Positions 56,448-64,000 of a DNA stretch of 64,000 nucleotides are shown here, piece after piece. The position numbers were made by a program, and so were the translations under genes. How positions within the stretch are numbered: position 1 is the stretch's first letter; each line of letters starts with the position of its first letter. Below the pieces are notes generated by a model. The model searched no databases. It was not told where the DNA came from and saw only the letters and a program-made list of their open reading frames with translations. The DNA comes from the human T2T-CHM13v2.0 reference genome, Homo sapiens, in NCBI RefSeq assembly GCF_009914755.1, contig NC_060929.1; one strand, given 5' to 3'.

Positions 56448-57147
56448 TTTAAGCTTATTATTTTAAGTCTATATTCCTAACTAAGCACTGTCAAGAGGAT
56501 GAGATTATCATTATTAGATTAAATTTATCAGAACCTACTACAGCTCTGAATAGGTTCTGCTTCCCTAGGTACATTAAGGGCGAACACCTAAACTAAAAGG
56601 AAGTGTTACAAGAGGAAAAAGGGGCATGAGCAACCAATAGTATCCATAAAAGAGCTGCTTATTTTTGTAATTGTGAAAGTATATATCTATTTTTAAAGTA
56701 TGGATAAGCATCGAATGTAAATTCTTTATATCAGTAGTTACATAATGCAATTATTCATAATTTTACATTTTTATCAGTATTTTCTACCTTTTATAGTGAA
56801 ATTTTCTCCTTTAATATATTGAATTTACAGTGAGAATTTTTTATAATTTTTTTACAGTGGATAATTTCTTGAGTAGCCATTTTTACAGAAAATAAGTTTC
56901 AATAGTGTGTCATCTTGAAAAGGAAATGTCAAGAGGGAAAAATTTGTAAGAATTCTTAGTCGAATTTTAATGTATTTTAGGCTGGGTGCGGTGGTTCACA
57001 CCTGTAATCCCAGCACTTTGGGAGGCCAAGGCGGACGGATTACCTGAGATCAGGAGTTCGAGACCATCCTGGCCAGCATGGCGAAACCCCATCTCTATTA
57101 AAAGTACAAAAATTAGTTGAGCATCGTGGTGTGTACATGTAATCCTA

Positions 57148-57279
<132 letters not shown>

Positions 57280-57467
57280 TTAAGAATTTTAATAAAACGT
57301 TAGAACTAAATTTTGTGAAATGATCATTTTGCTAATATTTTATCAAAAACAATGATTTGTACCCTTCTTAGTAAAGCAGCTGGTATTTTAAAATATGTCT
57401 CGAGAAAAAAGCCAATACAGTCTCTTTTGAGGACCTTGAAAACTAACCTGCTAGGGATATCATACTA

Positions 57468-57495
57468 GGCCTCTGGGTGCCGCTGTCCGCCAATC
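57468..57495 (+). promoter_or_regulatory. Orphan CSE/CTCF element of a gamma-B relic exon
   Basis: GGCCTCTGGGTGCCGCTGTCCGCCAATC aligns with the PCDHGA1 CSE; ~300 bp upstream of the relic signal-peptide remnant. Confidence 0.8.
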
Positions 57496-57759
57496 CGTGG
57501 CTGGAGGGAAACAAAGCAATCCACTGACGCAGCAGTCCCCGCAGGCTTTTGAGACACACATTAGGAGAGGACTCTGCCCGCTGTCTGTCTCACAATCTGC
57601 TCGAAATATCTTGGTCAGGAATCTCAGGATGTCTAGTGACCCCGAGTGAGGTGCTGCCGTTTATTCCTGAGCATCTTTGGAAGCAGGAAGCAGGGAGCAA
57701 CGGTAGCGAGAGGTATTCGGATCTGAGTATCAGCAGGAAGAAGAAACAGAGGAAGAAGT

Positions 57760-60130
57760 CCCCCATAAGGAAGGCGTGAGGAGCGCAGGAAGCGCTGTTT
57801 CCCTGCCTGAGATCTTTATTCTACTAGGTCTTTATTCTACGTAGCCGATACGCTGTAAAATTCTGGAAGAGAAGGCTAGGGGTTTAAGGTTGGTAATCTC
57901 TCAGAAGATCTGCGTCTCGGTGACGGAAAGAACTAAGGGTAAGTGCTGAGAAGCCTCTCTTTACAGCCAGAGAACGAGCCAGAGCCGAGCTTGAGAATGA
58001 CGGGATAGATCTAGCAGTTATGCCCAAGGAAGACCCTCGGCCCTTTGAATTTGAAGGCACTGAAAATCGTATAAATGTTTTCATATAAACGTATGCATCT
58101 TTGATATAAATAACAAAATGGCTTTTAGCACAAATTTTGTTTTGGAAATTTTGAAAAACGTCTTAATAAGAGGAATGTTTACTCTTAAGTCTGCAGTAGA
58201 TTTTGAACACCGGCAGTAACTGTACAAATATATCAGATTAGTTTTAATAGCCATCTCCCCTTCCCCTACAAGTAAAGGAGAGTACTACAGCAGTATGTAC
58301 TCTGAATTGCTGCTATTGAAGAACCCCTGAGCCTGTGCAGCGTGGCACTCCTGTGGTCCCCATTACTCAGGAGGCTGAGGCAGGAGGATTGCTTGATGCC
58401 AGCTAGAGGCTGCAGTGCACTATGAGAACACCTGTGAATAGCCACTGCATTCCAGCCTGAGTAACATGGCCAGACCCCATCTCTTAAGAAAAGAAAAGAA
58501 ACCCTGAACCAGAGGAGCAGAGCTGCCACCACTTAGTGGTGGGGATGGGGCAGAACAGCTCAGGGCAAGACACAGGCCTTGGATGCCAATGCCAGCCGTC
58601 AGATATTGAGCAATGTGTAAGTGGGGTTAGCCTGCATGAGAACCTGCTCGCCACCTCCTCCTCTTCATTCTTTAGGTGATCCCCATTGACCTAGACAATA
58701 TCTTTAATATAGAGTTCTCCTGATTTTTCTACACAATTTTACAGGGCATACAGAATATATTTCCTGTCCAATAATGACAGAAATACTTGATTTTGAAGAG
58801 TAACAGTTATAGCTTGGAATAGAAGACTGGAGGCAGTTTGAGGGCCGACTTCAGAGTCCTGGTTGAAATGAAGGTTGAGAAGTATAATGCAGTCAGTGCA
58901 GGTGACTTTCAGCTGGGTATCTAGTCCTATCAGAGGTAAAAACTGTGGTTGCCCTAACCAAAACAATAGGACTAAGAGACCTTAAATGAAAGATGAAAGT
59001 TATTATAGAGAGAAATGATCATACTGGCAAACAATTCACCTCCAAGAATTATGATGTGACTCTTTGTCAGATACTCACAGATGGAATTCTAAACTGGTAG
59101 CAGACCCTGAAGGACAATGTCACCATCAGAACCACCAACAAGGACAAACTGTCCCTCTCCTGCATCACCCTGCATACCATCTGCATCCACAAAAATGCTC
59201 ATTCTTCAACAAGCCTCCTATTTCTTTTGGGTGACTGGGAACACTGCCCAGCACCTCCATCACATGCTTTAGCGCTTCCCACCCTAACTTAGGGTCCCAT
59301 ATGCCTCCTGTTTCTTCTTGACCAGTGACCTGCCACTGTGGGCACTGTCATTCTACATGTCAGTGAGTGCAGAGTGCTATGGTTACCATGCAGACTATCT
59401 TTGAGCTGACTCTGCAGGCCAGTGACCAGGGTTCAACTTGCTCAGTGTCATCCTGAACCTGCATGTGATGGTGGATGACCATTGCAAAAATGCAAGGACA
59501 CTATGCCAGGAGTTGCAGCCAAGTGGGGCCCACTTTGATGCTGCACCACTCACAATGCAACCCAGCTATCCCATCACCAAAGTGGACACCAGCTGGGGCA
59601 TAAAGGCTGACTGTCCTATCATGTGCTTCAGGCCAGCTAATGTGGCTCTTCAAACTAGGGATGTGCACGAGCTAGATGCGTGCCGTGTCACTGTGGGTAA
59701 CAGAGATGCAACCTGCCAAGGTTTGTTGGTCACCGTGGTCAATGGTGAATCATCACGCTGAAACATCACCTGGTTGCTGCTCATAGTTTGCAGGAGTTGC
59801 TACCAGACCTCAGCAATCGCCCAGCACCCAACAGCAGGCAGCAGACAGCACCCAACAGCTGGCGATGGCCGTTGCCTTGATCTCCATGCTGTTTCTCCTC
59901 AGTGTGACTCTGGCCATCTCTCTGAACCTGCAATGCCCCCTATAGCTCCATTGCCTGGGGCTGTTTTCAGCTGGATCTCTGGTCCAAGCCCGGATATGGA
60001 GTTGTCTCCAACTTAAAGAAAGGAAATTTGCCCTGTTCCTACAACGTATGTGTGGTTTTAGATATTTTTAAAATCTTAATTTCTTTAACTCAAGAAACAG
60101 CTTTGAACCAGGTATTCTCTGCAGTGCCAG
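57760..60130 (+). pseudogene. Near-full-length relic gamma-B-type protocadherin exon E
   Basis: ALFPCLRSLFY, PIRCKILEEKARG, VGNLSEDL, LRVSAEK, FHINVCIFDINN, EEQSCHHLV, FELTLQASDQGS, LSYHVLQAS, GNRDATCQGLLVTV, SLQELLPDLSNRP, VALISMLFLLSVTLAISL (TM), AWGCFQ, GNLPCSYNVCV. Confidence 0.93.
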
Positions 60131-61694
60131 CAATGAAGCTTTGTTTTATTTTTGTTTTTGTAGAAACGGGGTTCACTATATTGACCAAGCTGGTCTCAAA
60201 CTCCTGGCCTCAAGTAATCTGCCCACCTTGGCCTCCCAAAGTGCTGGGATTGCAGGCGTGAGCCACTGTGTGTGGGCAGCAATGAAGCTTTAAATGTTGC
60301 ATTTGATTCAAATGTATTTGTGTGATATTTTAACATTTTTATTTTATACTTACCATCCTTTTATAAATCACTCCTGCGTGTTTTTGGTTGCTGAAAGTAG
60401 GGAGCTCTACAGGTTTACTTACTAGTTCTTATGTATATTTTAATTTACCTCATTAGCTCACAATTTCTTTGGGGAAAAGTTTATGCCTATTAATGTGTAT
60501 TCTGAAAAGTTACATTCTCTGTTAAAGAGTTACTTCCTTGCAATATTGAAGATGATTTATTGCACCTTTAAATTTCTACTCTTTGGCTCCATGTACTTGT
60601 CTTTGAGAAGCTGAGAAACTGTAGATTTGGTTAAGAACTAAAGTTCTCTTTCCAAAAACTATTATTGAGACCTTTCATTGTTTTCTTTCTTTCCTCATTT
60701 TTAACTTTTCTCAGTCATGGTGTCCATGGGTTGGCTGGCCGAATTTGTTCCTGAAATTATCAGACTCTGGAGTACAGATAGCATGCTTCTCTAACTTTGG
60801 GGTAAAGATAAGTAAGTCACTCTAAGCCTGAGACATTTTAATTAGTAACCCTTTGCTAATAGTGCAGTGATTAAAAAAAAAAGAAGGCCACATCCTCATC
60901 TTAACTGGTTAAAAAATACTGTTAAGAGAAAACCAACTTCTCTTGGAGAAAATATTAAGTGCGATTATAGAGGAATACATATTATAAGAGCCTATCTAAA
61001 AATAAAGATGAGACCATTTTTCTTTTCAGCTGTGAAGAATAATATCATAGACTTTGTCTCTGAAATTTGAAATCTAAATTATATATTCATGTGACTTTTC
61101 AATGAAATTCCAAGAGCCCAGTTTTATTTTTTTCAAAATATATTGCCTTTGGTGAATCTTAAGAATTTTTTAAAAACCCACATAATGCAAAGACACTTCA
61201 AAAAAAAAAGAGGAAAAATAAGGATAGGGTTAAACCATGCTCTTCAAAATCCCAAGGTTTCTGATAAATATTCAAATCATAATGGGAAGGAAATGGGATG
61301 GTATGATTTTTTTAAAGTCTAGCTTATATTCTAAAAGATTATTTTTCCCTCTAATACTTTTCACCCTCCAGTCAAAGGGGAGCTGCTCTATGTGGCCTGG
61401 GAAATTACCAAGTGGTCAAACTTTACTACAGAAAAAGTGGAGAGATGATTTTGTCCTCATTGTAATGTTAGGTTTTTACTATAATTCCCTGAATAGCAAA
61501 CTTGGAAAGCAGATAACATGGGAATACTTGGATTCTCCTGTATATTTCAATTTGGTGACATTTAGGCACATTTAAAGAAGTGAACATATAGTTTCTCTTT
61601 TTCATACATATATTGTAGAATTATTTCCTTGACAATAGACTAAAACTTAAGAAAATAACAAGTTAATGAGAAGGTTTTCAGTATTTGCTAGGAA

Positions 61695-61737
61695 TGCAGT
61701 AACTGGTTAGGACTGTGGGCGCCGCTGTTCACTAATC
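61695..61737 (+). promoter_or_regulatory. Conserved sequence element (CSE)/forward CTCF site of the PCDHGA1 promoter
   Basis: TGCAGT-N-GACTGTGGGCGCCGCTGTTCACTAATC with CGCT box at 61723, ~267 bp upstream of the ATG. Confidence 0.88.
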
Positions 61738-61989
61738 TGGTAGATACAGGCAGTACACACAGGTCAGGAGGAGGAAAAAAAAAAAAAAAGAAAAAGAAAA
61801 AAGCTCTCGTGCCTCTTAGAACCTCCATAACCGCCAGATTGAAAACTGACTGTCCAAGACTGCCTAAATCCTACTTCTGGATGACTCTCCAGTCAGAATT
61901 CTCCTGAAAATTGGGTTAATTTCAGCTCAGAAAAGCAGAAACGATACCCTTGGTACTGGACTGGAAGAAAACTACGAAGTGAGAGAGCC

Positions 61990-64000
61990 ATGAAGATTCA
62001 GAAAAAGCTGACTGGCTGCAGCAGGCTGATGCTTCTGTGTCTTTCTCTGGAGCTGCTGTTGGAAGCTGGGGCTGGGAATATTCACTACTCAGTGCCGGAA
62101 GAGACAGACAAAGGTTCCTTCGTAGGCAACATCGCCAAGGACCTAGGGCTGCAACCCCAGGAGCTGGCAGATGGCGGAGTCCGCATCGTCTCCAGAGGTA
62201 GGATGCCGCTTTTCGCTCTGAATCCTAGAAGTGGCAGCTTGATCACCGCGCGCAGGATAGACCGGGAGGAGCTCTGCGCTCAGAGCATGCCGTGTCTCGT
62301 GAGTTTTAATATCCTTGTTGAGGATAAAATGAAGCTTTTTCCTGTTGAAGTAGAAATAATTGATATTAATGACAACACTCCCCAATTCCAGTTAGAGGAA
62401 CTGGAGTTTAAAATGAATGAAATAACGACTCCAGGTACCAGAATCTCATTGCCTTTTGGGCAAGACCTTGATGTGGGTATGAACTCACTCCAGAGCTACC
62501 AACTCAGCTCTAACCCTCATTTCTCCCTGGATGTGCAACAGGGAGCCGATGGGCCTCAACATCCAGAGATGGTGCTGCAGAGTCCCTTAGACAGAGAAGA
62601 AGAAGCTGTCCACCACCTCATCCTCACAGCTTCTGATGGGGGTGAACCAGTCCGTTCAGGGACCCTCAGAATTTACATTCAGGTGGTGGATGCAAATGAC
62701 AATCCTCCAGCATTTACTCAGGCACAATACCATATAAATGTCCCCGAAAACGTGCCGCTGGGTACTCAGCTGCTCATGGTAAATGCCACTGACCCTGATG
62801 AGGGAGCCAATGGGGAAGTAACGTACTCCTTTCACAATGTAGACCACAGAGTGGCCCAAATATTTCGTTTAGATTCTTACACAGGAGAAATATCAAATAA
62901 AGAACCACTAGATTTCGAAGAATACAAAATGTATTCAATGGAAGTTCAAGCCCAGGATGGTGCGGGGCTCATGGCTAAAGTTAAGGTACTGATCAAAGTT
63001 TTGGATGTAAATGATAATGCCCCAGAAGTGACCATCACCTCTGTCACCACTGCAGTTCCAGAAAACTTTCCTCCTGGGACCATAATTGCTCTTATCAGTG
63101 TGCATGACCAGGACTCAGGAGACAATGGCTACACCACATGTTTCATTCCTGGAAATTTACCCTTTAAATTGGAAAAGTTAGTTGATAATTATTACCGTTT
63201 AGTGACTGAAAGAACACTGGACAGAGAACTTATCTCTGGGTACAACATCACAATAACAGCAATAGACCAAGGAACTCCAGCTCTATCTACTGAAACTCAC
63301 ATTTCACTACTAGTGACAGATATCAATGACAACTCCCCAGTCTTCCATCAGGACTCCTACTCTGCCTACATTCCCGAAAACAACCCCAGAGGAGCCTCCA
63401 TCTTCTCTGTGAGGGCCCACGACTTGGACAGCAATGAGAATGCACAAATCACTTACTCCCTAATAGAGGACACTATCCAGGGGGCACCCCTATCTGCCTA
63501 CCTCTCCATCAACTCCGACACTGGGGTCCTGTATGCGCTGCGATCCTTCGACTATGAGCAGTTCCGGGACATGCAACTGAAAGTGATGGCGCGGGACAGT
63601 GGGGATCCGCCCCTCAGCAGCAACGTGTCTCTCAGCCTATTCCTGCTGGACCAGAACGACAACGCGCCCGAGATCCTGTACCCCGCCCTCCCCACAGATG
63701 GTTCTACCGGCGTGGAGCTGGCGCCCCTCTCCGCAGAGCCCGGCTACCTGGTGACCAAGGTGGTGGCGGTGGACAGAGACTCGGGCCAGAACGCCTGGCT
63801 GTCCTACCGCCTGCTCAAGGCCAGCGAGCCGGGACTCTTCTCGGTGGGTCTGCACACGGGCGAGGTGCGCACGGCGCGAGCCCTGCTGGACAGAGACGCG
63901 CTCAAGCAGAGTCTCGTGGTGGCCGTCCAGGACCACGGCCAGCCCCCTCTCTCCGCCACTGTCACGCTCACCGTGGCCGTGGCCGACAGGATCTCCGACA
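61990..64000 (+). CDS. PCDHGA1: Protocadherin gamma-A1 variable exon (signal peptide plus EC1-EC6), truncated by window end
   Basis: ATG at 61990: [53 protein letters not shown]...; cadherin DRE/DXNDN motifs; open to 64000, so absent from the ORF track. Confidence 0.96.
   Translation, partial: MKIQKKLTGCSRLMLLCLSLELLLEAGAGNIHYSVPEETDKGSFVGNIAKDLGLQPQELADGGVRIVSRGRMPLFALNPRSGSLITARRIDREELCAQSMPCLVSFNILVEDKMKLFPVEVEIIDINDNTPQFQLEELEFKMNEITTPGTRISLPFGQDLDVGMNSLQSYQLSSNPHFSLDVQQGADGPQHPEMVLQSPLDREEEAVHHLILTASDGGEPVRSGTLRIYIQVVDANDNPPAFTQAQYHINVPENVPLGTQLLMVNATDPDEGANGEVTYSFHNVDHRVAQIFRLDSYTGEISNKEPLDFEEYKMYSMEVQAQDGAGLMAKVKVLIKVLDVNDNAPEVTITSVTTAVPENFPPGTIIALISVHDQDSGDNGYTTCFIPGNLPFKLEKLVDNYYRLVTERTLDRELISGYNITITAIDQGTPALSTETHISLLVTDINDNSPVFHQDSYSAYIPENNPRGASIFSVRAHDLDSNENAQITYSLIEDTIQGAPLSAYLSINSDTGVLYALRSFDYEQFRDMQLKVMARDSGDPPLSSNVSLSLFLLDQNDNAPEILYPALPTDGSTGVELAPLSAEPGYLVTKVVAVDRDSGQNAWLSYRLLKASEPGLFSVGLHTGEVRTARALLDRDALKQSLVVAVQDHGQPPLSATVTLTVAVADRISD
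63540..64000. promoter_or_regulatory. Intragenic CpG-rich region at the 3' end of the PCDHGA1 exon (EC5-EC6)
   Basis: Abrupt rise in GC3/CpG within the CDS. Confidence 0.75.

Noticed and set aside
59438-60016. 107-aa and 80-aa ORFs as new genes
   Set aside because: Frameshifted pieces of the gamma-B relic with non-ATG starts
60105-60117. CAG|GTATTC as the relic E splice donor
   Set aside because: Sequence continues to resemble gamma-B coding tail (GILCS), so the donor position cannot be supported
63637-63936. 99-aa minus-strand ORF
   Set aside because: Antisense shadow of GC-rich PCDHGA1 codons

Overview
Primate (human-type) genomic DNA, recognisable from three intact genes as the interval between the protocadherin beta and gamma clusters (human 5q31). 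These are SLC25A2 (intronless, minus), TAF7 (intronless CDS, minus) and the 5' two-thirds of the PCDHGA1 variable exon (plus, runs off the window). The first ~27 kb is mostly stacked ancient ERV-L proviral sequence with nested LTRs, Alus and L1 pieces. Main observation: the 'intergenic' DNA from ~28 kb to ~60 kb is a decayed continuation of the plus-strand protocadherin variable-exon array. At least five relic exons can be read by eye once transposon insertions with clear target-site duplications are removed (~28.5, 37.2, 44.0, 51.9 and 57.8 kb). Three keep a well-preserved CSE/CTCF promoter element and one has a decayed one. The TAF7 promoter/5'UTR CpG island appears to be one of these dead gamma-B exons read in antisense, and SLC25A2 sits head-to-head with another orphan CSE. 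Relic translations and repeat-family names were made by eye and need alignment/RepeatMasker confirmation; repeat boundaries are approximate unless a TSD is quoted.
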